DNA from: Tubulanus polymorphus
Lineage: Eukaryota > Animalia > Nemertea
DNA length: 64,000 bases
Direction of reading: 5' to 3'
NCBI RefSeq assembly: GCF_964204645.1
Contig: NC_134027.1
Location: forward strand, 24,328,560-24,392,559
The notes below the pieces were generated by a model. The model was not told the DNA's origin. It did no database searches and worked only from the letters and a program-made list of their open reading frames with translations. The translations under genes and the position numbers were made by a program. This document shows, piece by piece, positions 47,727-59,578 of this stretch. Numbering within the stretch: the stretch's first letter is position 1; every line of letters starts with the position of its first letter.

Positions 47727-49593
47727 CTACAGTTTGCTGTCTGTAGTTCCGCGATTCCCATTGGTTACAATATCAGCAGCTACTTTTCTGAATTTTTCAT
47801 TTGTTACACAATACACGATGAAATTTACTGACGAATCGATGATAGAAAATCCCAACGCTATAAGTGTCATGCCTTCAAACTTGTGGATATATTTCAAACC
47901 CATTAAACGATCAATAAAACCAAAACCTTCGCAAATAATAAACAGCGAAACTACTGATAAAACCCACAGGGGTTTGGCGATGGGCTTGGATTTTATTTCC
48001 GGGTCGTTGATAATCTCGCGAGAATGGCGCTAAATATGAACTGCGAATAAATTCAAAATATCACGGAAATACCTTGTGTTTATATTGTTTATTTATCCGC
48101 TATAAAGTTCTGATAAACAATTGGTCGTTAAGAATCATTATCAGACGGTCGTCATGCTTTACTATATAAAATCACAAGGGATGAAACGCCAGGCCTCCGC
48201 TGTACTTAAATTTTCAGCCAGAAAGTTGGGACAGTCACGTGACATTCTGATGACGTCATCGCATTTAAAACTTCAACACGAAAAGTTAACATATTCACAG
48301 ACCGATATCAATTGTCAGATTATGATTCATATGAAATAAATAACTTATAAGGAATAAATTATGACGAAATATATAATTCATAGTAAAAAAATGCATTTGA
48401 ATGTAAGTTATTCTCAAATATTTTTCGTATCATAGTTTCCATCTTATATGCTTCAGGTTCGCGTTCATTCAAATAAGAAGCGTTAAGTCACGTGACTGTC
48501 CCAACTTTCTGGCTGGCACAACTATGAAGGCGTTTCATCCCTTGTTCTTTTATATAGTAGCGTGACGACCGTCTGATAATGATTCTTAACGACCAATTGT
48601 TTATCGAAACTTTATAGCGGATAAATAAACAATATAAACACAAGGTATTTCCGTGATATTTTGAATTTATTCGCAATTCATATTTAGCGCTATTCTCACG
48701 AGATTATCAACAACCCGGAAATAAAATCCAAGCCCATCGCCAAACCCCTGTGATAAAACCATTCTTAAAACCCTCATTTCCATTCTAGACGATTCTTCAG
48801 TTACACCAAGCTCTGAACGTCGAGTAACCCGACGGTAAAATGTCACCGAAATAAGAATAACATTGATTACAACTAAAAAGGCAATTGGGATCATGACAGT
48901 AAGATACATGAATAGATATTTTTCGGAAATAACGAAACGCCATTCGTGCAGTTTCAACTTCCAGAAATACCGGAACTTCCTAACACGCAGAGTTATATAC
49001 GGCCAACTGACGGGACAATTCATGAATTCAAGATGGTGATCAGGCAAGAATTGACCACTATGTCCGCAAAAACTAACCAGTGAAATGAACAACATTGCCC
49101 TCAATGAAATCAACTTCATTGGTAATGTGCGAGATTTTATCGGAAACAATACGACGATTAACCGCTCTAGACTGAGCAGTACAGTGCACCAGTTACGTGT
49201 CATCTGAAACATGTAGAAAAACGGCAAGGCGACTGAGATGAAAATCCAACCGAAATTCCAGTCGTTCCAGCGAAACACAATATCTCCTAAAACGGCGTAA
49301 ACGTACGTAGTTCTCAACGGATACAAAATGAATGTAGCGATCATAAACAGAAGATCGTTCGAAGCGAGAATTTTGATGAGAAAATAAATATCAGATTTAA
49401 ACTGTTTCAGAACTAACAGCGTGAATGCGTTGAATATTATACCAAGCACAGACGCCGGTAAATACCAGCCTAAATACATAAAGACATAGTATTTGTTCAC
49501 CCACATAACAGGGTGAGTTTGAATTCTCTGACACAGGTTGAGTTGAGATGTTGTCAATGCGGTAGTTGTGCTGGTAATGTTTTGGTCAGACAT
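47727..49593 (-). pseudogene. Class A GPCR, copy 4, interrupted in TM6 by a 788-bp MITE
   Basis: The ORF runs MSDQNITS...RMVLS and then enters the MITE; the remaining TM6-TM7-C-terminal coding sequence resumes at 47964-47727. Confidence 0.9.
47965..48752. mobile_element. MITE with about 280-bp TIRs and an 8-bp TSD (P- or hAT-superfamily-like)
   Basis: Termini are CACAGGGGTTTGGCGATGGGCTTGGATTTTATTTCCGGGT ... reverse complement. The TSD ataaaacc is at 47957-47964 and 48753-48760, and the empty site is visible in GPCR copies 1-3. Confidence 0.95.
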
Positions 49594-50838
49594 CTCATGA
49601 GGAGCTGGAACCGCAATCTCTGCAAAATTCATTGCCTAATGCGCTTCTATTTGGTGTTACTAATGCTAGTCATGATAATGAATTGAATAGATTTATTAAA
49701 TAATCTATATCAAAGAACTGTAGCTGAATGAAATTTTAACATGCTGGAATCAATTATCGCGCGCCCTGTTGCTTTGAATCAACGAATCAATTTAACCGCG
49801 TAAACTCCATTCATCACAAATTTGTCAGAATTTCCAAACGCACGCGAAACACGATAATTTGTGTTTTAGAGGATTTACGTACTAGTATAGAGGAAACCTG
49901 TCCACCTGATGATGGCTGTATTAAAATGTGGCAGTGTCCGTTCACCCGGATCATGGGTTCTTAGGTTAAAGGCCATTGTTGTTTCAAATGGTTGTTTCAC
50001 CTAAACTTGTAGGTGGTCGGATTCAAGGCATCTACTCCCCCAAAATGTTGATGAAATATTGAATATTCATGGTCAATTAACCGGTATTCGAATGTTGGAG
50101 ATTATGTTATGAAATGACCTCGGAAGACACAGAAATTTTAGAATTTCAAAATTTCCACTTCTACATATACGGTTTTGATTTGTGAGGGATCCAGTAATTT
50201 TTTCCCAAGGGTTAAAGCAACGTGTTTGGGTCATGATTTACAGCGGGGTCAGTTATCAAGCTTGGGGTCAACGCGTTAGAACGCGAGGATGCGGTACCTA
50301 GCACAATGGAGTAATCAGTCTGATTACTCCAAGCTAGCATAGAGACAGTACACACTCCAGCGGCAGAGATCCAGTGGTGGTTAACCCTCCATTTAACTGA
50401 AAGAGTTTCTTTTTGGAAATAAAAGAAGTTGAACATTTCCAGATTTGTGAAGTTAAAGTATATACTCTTACGTACGCCAGCGTTTTGCCTCGTGATTTCA
50501 AACCACTGTAACAGAATGTCGTAATACGAATAACTTAAGAAATCAAGCTGGCAAACGATGTACTGTTTCCGAAGCGTAGCCGAGATTGAGATGCGGCTAT
50601 GCTATCAGTAACATCAAAATCGGACTGATGTTGTAAGCTTTGACAATGAAATACAAGACTTTCTTGCTATCGAATCGTAGATTTTGACCGCCATTTCTTT
50701 TAGATTCAAAAACGAAGAACGAACATGCCTCTTTCGCCTAACGGAAGCGGATACATAACAATAATGCATTCTTACTAATTCGGGACTCGATCCGTCTTAA
50801 TTTCGGCGATACTAGTTTGCTGTTTGTAGTTCAACGCT

Positions 50839-51885
50839 TCAACGAATTATGCTGCGGAAAATACCAATGGCTACTTTTCTGAATTTGCCATTTGTCGCGC
50901 AATACACGATAAAGTTTGCTGACGAATCGACGATAGAAAATCCTAACGCTATAAGTCTCATACCCCAAAACCTGTGGATATATTTCAAATCCATTAAACG
51001 ATGGATGAAACCAAGATTTTCACAAATAATAAACAGCAAAACTACAAATAAAACCATCCTCAGAACTCTCATCTCCCTTCGAGACGATTCGTCCGTTACA
51101 CCGAGCTCTGAACGTCGAGTAACCCGACGGAAAAATGTCACTGAAATGAGAATTAGATTGATGAAAACTAAAAGGCAAATCGGGACCATAACAGTGAGAT
51201 ACATGAATAAATATTGTTCGGAAATAACGTAACGCCATTTGTCCAGTTTCCACTTCCAGAAATACCGAAACCTCTCACCTAGCAGTGTTACATATGGCCA
51301 ATTGTCGGGACATTTCATGAACCCAAGATGATCTGCAGGTAAGAATAGACCAAAATGTCCACAAAAACTAACCAGTGAAATGAACAACATTGCCCTTAAT
51401 GAAATCATTTTAGTTTGTAATGTGCGAGATCTGATTGGAAATAATACGACGATTAACCGCTCTAGACTGAGCAGTACAGTGCACCAGTTACGCGTCATCT
51501 GAAACATGTAGAAAAACGGCATGCCGACTGAGATGAAAATCCAACCAAAATTCCATTCGTTCCGGCGAAACAAAATATCTCCCAAAACCGCGTAGATGTA
51601 CGCAGATCTCAACGGATACAGAATGAATGTAGCGATCATAAACAAAAGATCGTTTAAAGCGAGAACTTTGATCAGAAAATAATTATCAGATTTAAATCGT
51701 TTCAGAACTAACAACGTGAATGCGTTGAATAGCATACCCAGTATAGACGCCGGTAGAAACCAGCCTAAATATAACATCACATTATATTTGTTACGCCATT
51801 TAACAGGAAGAGTTTGAAATCTCTGACACAGGTTGAGAGATGTTGTCAATGCGGGAGCTGCACTGGTAATGTTGTTATCAAACAT
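50839..51885 (-). CDS. Class A GPCR, copy 5 (most divergent)
   Basis: ORF 50839-51927; the ATG homologous to the other copies (MFDNNITS) is at 51885. The 7TM motifs are the same, with a shorter C-tail. Confidence 0.92.
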   Translation of the reverse strand: MFDNNITSAAPALTTSLNLCQRFQTLPVKWRNKYNVMLYLGWFLPASILGMLFNAFTLLVLKRFKSDNYFLIKVLALNDLLFMIATFILYPLRSAYIYAVLGDILFRRNEWNFGWIFISVGMPFFYMFQMTRNWCTVLLSLERLIVVLFPIRSRTLQTKMISLRAMLFISLVSFCGHFGLFLPADHLGFMKCPDNWPYVTLLGERFRYFWKWKLDKWRYVISEQYLFMYLTVMVPICLLVFINLILISVTFFRRVTRRSELGVTDESSRREMRVLRMVLFVVLLFIICENLGFIHRLMDLKYIHRFWGMRLIALGFSIVDSSANFIVYCATNGKFRKVAIGIFRSIIR

Positions 51886-53409
51886 CTCGTATATACGATC
51901 TGTAAGCCACAATCTCCGTAAATTCAATTATCTAATGTTCCTCGGTATTTGGTTAGACTGTCAGTGTGAATCGAGAAGTTTATACAATAATTTACTCGAC
52001 AGAATTGTATCCGAATAAACAATTGGTTTTCAAGAATCCACGGTTAGGCTAATGGGAATTACTCGCCACTTTCGCGATGCAGTCGGTAATGTGGATGGCA
52101 TAGTCTGTCTCGGCCAAGTTTGTCGCGGTAAATCAAAGCTCTTCTATCATAACGTGCATACGTTCTACGGAATTCTGACGTATCCGAGATAATGGCAGAG
52201 TATCTGAAATCACAATATATGAAGAGAAAAGAAGACGAGAATTTAGCAAACTTCCAGCTGCGTTTGGTCTTTAGTTGAAGGTGCGAATTTAAATATCGCT
52301 AAGACTAGTCGCGCTAAGATTTTACAACGCTGATGGCGTGATAGGCTCACGCATACGCAATCTCTTTGCCTCGTGATTCCAAACCGACGCAACACGATGT
52401 CAAGAAACCACTTATATTGTCTATTACAGCAATTACATTGTCAACCACGATGCACACGCGGTCTCCGAAGCGTTGCCTCGATCACCAAAATGAAAAGAAA
52501 TGAAAGCCGAGATCGAGATGCGACTTTCGACTATATCCATAACAATCATATGCGCGCTGATGTAATTTTTCATACATGACTTTCTATTGATTCGTGCATT
52601 TTTTCATAGTAATTTCTCTTAGTAACATTATGTCACGAAAAAGCCTCGGGCCCTGAACGGAAGCGGAACAGGTCCCAGACACACCGATTGGCAAAGCGTT
52701 CCCACCTAAATGTTGCCATAGTGCTACAAATAGGATATTAAGAGTAAGGGTTATGTGTATGTAATTCCTGGGTCCTGAGAGACAGATTGATGACGAAATT
52801 GGGGATTCCCTGGTATTGTCTGGAGTAGGGGTGTCAAACGCGGTGGAGATTCCCTTCGATATTCGGCTCGGATGTACGGGCATACCTGTACTGGGATACC
52901 CCTCCTTTATAAAGCTTTGATTATTTCAAAAGTTAGGTTGGGTATGTGGGTCGAAAATCACTTCAATGCGTAGCTAAGATGCTGGCCTCGCTGCTGTTAT
53001 CACGATTTCTCCTGGATTTACGCGCTTATATAAACTAGCGCTCGTATTTGTTTTTACTATAGGATATATATTTTGGAATAGTGGCCTGAGCTCTGATCTT
53101 TGAGGAATCTAGTATTTTCCCAAGGGTTGAAGAAACATCCTGATCACGTTTAGGACACAGGGCCAGTGATTATGCGAGTATAGTCCACCACGAAGGCGTG
53201 GAATCAAGCAAGGGGGACAAGCATTCCTAAACTAAAACAAACGCGACGCCATTTTCTAACACGTGTCAAATTTATTGTGGTTTCAAACAGATAAATCCGA
53301 AAATAGCGACAAAAACAAACAAGAAAACAATATTTCACAATTCGATAAGAAATTCGTGTATACGCAAAGACCTCAAACCTCGTTATAACGCAAACCCCGT
53401 TATTACACC

Positions 53410-53810
53410 AGTCTCATCTTAGGCCGACTTTCTGAATCAGGGCCGATAATAAGACTCTAAGCGACTCTAAACTGAACCCGTTCACCCAGTCCTGATGAAT
53501 AGCGCTCCATCCAGGAATACCGACTATTTGTTTAACAATGACACCCATATACGGAGGGCAAAGACGACGAACCATTTTCAGGTAATATCTCCTGATAAAA
53601 TTTCTGGTCAAACCCCCTTGAAATACTTACTCCTCTTATAGCAGTAATAAATCTCGCATGTTACCAAAATGTTTACCGATATTGAGAGGTTTGGCCGTCG
53701 TTAATTTCGTTAAACATAATTTCATTTTCTTTCGGCTATGAAGTAATGTATACACACATTTCAATACGAACAGGTCTAGTTCAGATGTAAACTAACCTTC
53801 TTAGAATATT
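53410..53810. repeat. Segment of the GPCR duplication unit; homologues at about 37710-37940, 43490-43880 and 46570-46970
   Basis: ctgaacccgttcacccagtc...gacacccatacggagggcaaagacgacgaaccattttcagg...atctcgcatgttaccaaaatg is shared among these sites. Confidence 0.85.
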
Positions 53811-55079
53811 TTTCTGATAAAATTTCTGGTCAAAAGAAACTATCCCCTCAAAATACTTATTTCTCTCATAAAAATTTCGCTGGGTACAGAGCTTTTCGAT
53901 ATAAAGAGGTTTGGCAGTCTCGTTGATTTCGTTAACTTTCTACAGGGAGGTAATTAATACACGTTACAATACAAATAATCTAAATCGAATTCAAATTCAG
54001 ATCGGAATGTTTTGAGATTAAGAACATATAATGTATAACTGTCAATATAGCTCTGTTAGCCTAGTTCGGATAAACAAACAAACAAAATCTTGGGAATGTT
54101 TTTTGGACGAAATTACCACATTCATTGACAATACTGTTAATTATAATTTTCTTTGTTACCATTGGATTTAGTTTCACAATATTGTGGATTTATCAAACCC
54201 CACGATCAAATTTACAATATTTTGTTTTAAGATTTTGGCAATGAAATGATTGTAAGTCTTAGAGTCAAACTTAACGATTTCTGTAGCTAGGTCCTGCATA
54301 GTAGTTCCAGTTCCAGTTGAAATCAATTCGCTTTTGATTAGTTAACGCTAGATTCAGATTCTAACTCGGAACTACGGAACTCACGAGTCCTAGATAGGTT
54401 AGATCAGTAGTCGCCAGGCCTCAATAAACTCTCACGGAGGTATGCGAATTTCATGGCATTCGGGGCAGGGTCGTTATCACGATGATTTAGAATAAGCAGA
54501 TTTATAATATATTGCCAGGCGGGACACGCGACAATCCGAGGCAATCGACTGTATTAGGGGGCCATTAATCCACAACATTGTTTAACTAGATCCAAATCCC
54601 GTTTTCAAACTATCAATACAGAACAATATATCTATTCGCGTTTTAACCTTTGTCCCGTAAGCAGAAGACCCACAAAATCCTTACGAATAATCATAATTAC
54701 ATTATCTATGAATATCATACGTTGCTAATTTACAAACAGATATTTTTCAGAAGTCATCAAGTCAGGGAGAAAATAAAACAAAAATTCAAGGCGAAAAGCC
54801 AATTTTTGATCGCAGTATATAAGCGATGTCGTTTACACATCGGTATTTCATATCCACCGCAAAAGCAATAAGTTCAAAACTGATGAAAAAGATGTTCACA
54901 AATTTACCGAACAATGTGTAATTCAAGTTGATGAATACGTGGGGAAAGCTAAGGAATTGTGGTGTGACCTCGTTTAAATGAACCAGGGCTCCTCCGCTAT
55001 CATGGCCTTGGCAGAACACAAACGGGAAACGCAAAGACAAAGATTAAATGTACAGCTGCAACCTCTTCGTTGGACCTTT

Positions 55080-55852
55080 GCTCAAGCAGGACTTACATTA
55101 ACTGCCACTTTAAGCAAGTTTTGCTGTGACAATTTGTCAAAGTTAAGCAAGTTTTGCCGTGCTAAATTGAAAGGCTGAATCCAAGAACATGTCTATCGCA
55201 CTTTTGAGCCCAAAATGGTCACTTTTCAATAGTTGACTTTTAGAAACGATGTGTTTTGAGAGTAGCTGCTATGGTAGGAGTTACTATCACAAAGTCACTG
55301 TAAACAGGCGGGTGGTTTTACAGTCACCTCTACTGCTAGTGTGCACTATCGTAACCAGATGTTTCAAAATGGTCACTTTTCAATAGTAGACTCTTCGAAA
55401 CAGCCACTACAGAAAACCAACCGAATTGAAAGGAATACAATTTCAGAGTGACTGTTTTGAAATGTATACTTCTACTGGAAAAGTAGCCGATATCGTTAAT
55501 TGCTTATTGTTCTCAAGTGGCTACTAAGTAAAAGTAGACGTTTGGGCTCAAAAGTGCGATAGACATGTTCTTGGATTCAGCCTTTCAATTGTCCAAAATT
55601 GCCCAAGTCAAGCAGGTTTTGCTATATCAAATTGTCTTCAAGTTAAGCAAGTTTTACCATGCTCAATTGTCAAAGTTAAGCAAGTTTTGCTGTGCCATAT
55701 TGTCTTCAAGTTAATCACGTTTTGCTATATCAAATTGTCAAGTTAAGCAAGTTTTAACATGCTAAATTGTCCAAGTTAAGCAAGTTTTGATGTGCCAAAT
55801 TGTCTTCAAGTTAAGCAAGTTTTCCTTGTCAAATTGTCTTAACCAAGTTAAA
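55080..55852. repeat. Minisatellite of about 35 bp, split by a MITE
   Basis: aagttaagcaagtttt...aaattgtc units occur on both sides of 55169-55586. Confidence 0.85.
55169..55586. mobile_element. MITE with perfect TIRs of about 46 bp and a 4-bp AATT TSD (Sola-like, tentative)
   Basis: gaaaggctgaatccaagaacatgtctatcgcacttttgagcccaaa and its exact reverse complement form the ends. The host unit gctaaattgtcc is split with aatt duplicated. Confidence 0.85.
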
Positions 55853-56339
55853 TGGTGACACATTTTGTGATCTACCTTTTCATAGCTTCATCCACCAGAT
55901 ACAAAGGAAAAATTACTTGGCAATAAATAGAACAATAAGCGGAAGTCGGAAGTCCTTTCAAACACACGGTAATATCGATGAAGCAAATCGGAGACATCTA
56001 AGTTACATATTCGTTTGTTTTGTTGTTGTTTACGATTCGTTGCGAAGATCAATAAAAAATAGACACATCCTAACGATCTAAAACCTAACTGTGACGTCGC
56101 ACAGGGGCTGATCGACAGACGAACTACTTTCATCAGTAATCATATAATATGGCGACGCAAATTTCACAAAAATCACCAATGAAGCAGTGTATTCAGCTAT
56201 GTCTACATCAAGTGTCTCTCAGACTACTGAAGCCTGCAGCATCGAGAACGAAAACTGTATCTTAGTTTATCTAACCTTTCGATGATACGACTTCAGTTAA
56301 ACTCAGTCTGGTTTCATAGATTGGGACTCCTGGAACCTG

Positions 56340-57075
56340 TTGTGGTTTGATATTAATATGGATCCAGTTCATCAGTTATAGAGACTTAATTTGACATTGG
56401 ATCCAGTTCCAAAGTTGTGCGGGTTTAATTTGAATATGAATCCGATTCCACAGTTGTGTGGGTTTAATTAAACTCTGGATACAGTTCCACAGTTGTGTGG
56501 GTTTTATTTGAATATGAATCCGATTCCACAGTTGTGTGGGTTTAATTAAACTCTGGATACAGTTCCACAGTTGTGTGGGTTTTATTTGACTCTGAAACAA
56601 GTTCGACAGTTGTATGGGTTTGATTCATCTCTGAATCCAGTTCCACAGTTGTGTGGGTTTGATTCATCTCTGAATCCAGTTCCACAGTTGTCTGGGTTTA
56701 ATTTGAATATGAATCTGATTCCACAGTTGTGTGGGTTTAATTTGACTCTGGATCCAGTTCCACAGTTGTGTGGGTTTATTTTGACTCGGGATCCAGTTCC
56801 ACAGTTTTGTGGGTTTTATTTGACTCTGAATCAAGTTCCACAGTTGTATGGGTTTGATTCATCTCTGGATTCAGTTCCACAGTTTTGTGGGTTTAATTTG
56901 AATATGAATCCGATTCCACAGTTGTGTGGGTTTAATTTGACTCTGGATCCAGTTCCACAGTTGTGTGGGTTTAATTTGACTCTGGAACCAATTCCACAGT
57001 TTTGTGGGTTTTATTTGACTCTGGATCCAATTCCACAGTTGTGTGCGGGTTATATTCGACTCTGGTTCCAATTTC
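56340..57075. repeat. 39-bp minisatellite, about 18 copies
   Basis: actctggatccagttccacagttgtgtgggtttaatttg; this is the source of the spurious repeat ORFs at 56376-57089. Confidence 0.95.
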
Positions 57076-57847
57076 AATTCATTTCATAAGAAAGCAATTC
57101 CACAGTTGCGAGTTTTAAGTGGACTACTGGGACTGTAGACATAGCTTTCGAAAGAGACTTTAGGATTACGTAAGAGCAATATCGTGCAACAGTTAGTCCA
57201 GTCTTAAGACATGCGCGTGAAAAACGCCTCGCTTTTAAACCACAAAAAAGCATCATTCGTCAGTCAAAAGCGAAGCAAACAAATTTACATCATATCCTAT
57301 AATATCAGGGTATTCAATCCCTAATAAATCGGCGTCATCTTAACAACAATCTTTAATAACAACAAAAACCAAACAAGAAAATCATTACGGCTATGATAAT
57401 AATAATAATAATCCGATATAATAATAATATACACAATGTTTGTAGCACATATGATGTAGAGATCCCTCCTTGCCTTGCAGTTATCGCGATAACTCATAGG
57501 AGGCGTATTTAACAGTTTTTACCAGACTAAATCAGTAAACCCGAAATACCTCGCCGCGAAAAATCGTGATGAAGATTTTTCAGCGGCGCTATCGTTAAGA
57601 GATCGTTTAATTAAAGCCCAAACCGAACGAAAAAATGCGTACTTAATCTACATGAAATCACTTTATTAATGAGTTAATTTCTCGGTTATAACACTACGTA
57701 TATCTAATGTATAAGCGCCATGTGTGTAGATGCTTATTTCGTAATCGATCAAACATTGACAGCCATCTTGCCAGATACCGAATCGATGTAGAGAGAATCC
57801 CACAATTATAACGAAAAAGTCCGAAAATGAAACTTCGAGATAGTAGT

Positions 57848-57894
57848 TTATTTCAACGTTTCGACTATATCCTAATAGTCATCTTCAGGAATAA
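57848..57894 (-). ncRNA. Minimal type I hammerhead ribozyme motif (inverted copy)
   Basis: Same sequence as 57910-57955 on the - strand, with one extra A in stem I'. Confidence 0.72.
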
Positions 57895-57909
57895 TTACCA
57901 TTAACATCA

Positions 57910-57955
57910 TTATTCCTGAAGATGACTATTAGGATATAGTCGAAACGTTGAATAA
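57910..57955 (+). ncRNA. Minimal type I hammerhead ribozyme motif
   Basis: TTATTC (stem I)-CTGAAGA-T-GACTAT-taggat-ATAGTC (stem II)-GAAAC-GTT-GAATAA (stem I'). A palindromic AACGTT stands in place of stem III. Confidence 0.8.
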
Positions 57956-58493
57956 ACTACTACCTCGAAGTTTCATTTTCTGACTTTTTCGTTATAATTG
58001 TGGGATTCTCTCTACATTGCGTCAACACGGATATAGTGTTCTATCAATCGTGACCAAATCGATCAGCGTTCGGCTTATGTTTCGATAAAGAAGAAAAGTA
58101 CCGCGAACCTCGCCTGGCGCAAATGAAAAGGAAATTATCTTTACGAGTTCGTCGATCTCATTTTTTCGATCTTTAACTCGGGATTTCTTTCGCCGCGGTC
58201 CCAGTACGTCATTAGTTAGGCGAGGTTTTTAGTAATTACAGACCCCAGAATTCAGTGTAGACAAGCCTATTTGCTGTCATGTTGAGATACGGTACATATA
58301 TATAATACTGATTAGTAAATCTAGTCAACATTCATAGAGTCAGGGAAAAACAAGTAGGATCCACAGTTCCACAGTTGCGAGTTCAGACACATTTGACACT
58401 CATACAGTTTAAAGCTCATTAGCAACTTATTTGGCCTTAGAATAAAATTGTAATGGCACAACTGTGGAACGGCATCTGAGGCATACATACATC

Positions 58494-58817
58494 CATCCTC
58501 CCTCGCCAGGGATTCAAACCTGATAGCATCACTAGATTCAGCCACGGCACGAAACCCAGCCATAGTAGACCGGGTGCGCAGGTACATGCGTAGATTTGCC
58601 GCAAGAAAACTTTTAGGACCAATCAGATTGCTTGTCGTATAATCGATTAGGCAAATTTCATGGGAAAACTATAAATGGAAAAACCCGCGCTGAAATAAAA
58701 CAGGATTTCTGATTGGCTAATAATGGCATATACCTGCGCACTCGGTCTAGTGTGGCAGGGTTTCGTACCATGGCAGTCTCGATGCCATCAGGTTCAAATC
58801 CCTGCGAGGGTAGGATG
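58494..58817. mobile_element. MITE with a 9-bp TSD, second copy (opposite orientation to 2779-3119)
   Basis: Termini are CATCCTCCCTCGC...GCGAGGGTAGGATG, and the TSD acatacatc is at 58485-58493 and 58818-58826. Confidence 0.88.
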
Positions 58818-59315
58818 ACATACATCATACAAGAATGCATCTGAGATGCTGAAATTTTTCAGCTGCAAGATGTAAATATTTGAACAAAATTCAGTCGACT
58901 CTGACTCTCTCTCTTTACTGACTGGAAATTTATCTTATACCGATTAAGTGTCACGGGGCAGGAGTAAGGAGACATTCACACTATGGATACATATTTTTTA
59001 AACAGATCATTATCACAGCAATGTTAGAAATTGAGAGGTGAAAATAGTGTGGCTCCCACGACCTACGTTTATCCCAGAAATGCTTTTTAAAATATAATTT
59101 ATAAATAAATGACAGTCAGCTCACGGAATAGCGATAATAAGAAGAATAAATTAATACTAGGAGCCATTCATAAAGTGAAGTACGTGTCCATCAAGAATGG
59201 CCACTTCAACGTCATATTTCGTTCCTGGCATATGTGATGGGTTAGTAAGGGACACCCCAGACAACTATACAGAACCAAATGTATAAGAGAGACAATCATC
59301 CCTATTTCAAGATCT

Positions 59316-59578
59316 TAAACCCATTCAGTGCGCTGTATGGATCGGTGATGGACTTTGCTAGAACAGCAAACCGCGGTGTATCGATGTAATTAGTAATTAG
59401 GTTTTGTCTCCAATGATAGATGGCAACTATTATCAAACGTTATAAATATTAGTAACTAACAATACACCGCACCACAGTGTAGATACACTATAGTGGTATG
59501 ACCGTTATACAACGCACTGGGGTGGAATTTCTTAAAACTTTCAAATTATCATTAGGACTAAAACAGTGGGAAAGGGGG
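59316..59578. mobile_element. Degenerate inverted copy of the piggyBac-type MITE
   Basis: cccattcagtgcg...gatgtaattagtaatta...ctagtaactaa-like...ggggtggaattt is the reverse complement of the interior of 23993-24275. Confidence 0.65.

Larger units (their letters stand above)
57786..58017. mobile_element. Long inverted repeat (arms of about 108 bp, 15-nt spacer), probable Penelope-like element pLTR remnant
   Basis: 57786-57894 is the near-exact reverse complement of 57910-58017, and each arm starts with a hammerhead motif. Confidence 0.8.

Noticed and set aside
56376-57089. Repeat-protein ORFs (PVPQLCGFNLTLD)n and the similar ORF at 27907-28224
   Set aside because: These are translations of a 39-bp (3n) minisatellite found in both orientations and inside introns.
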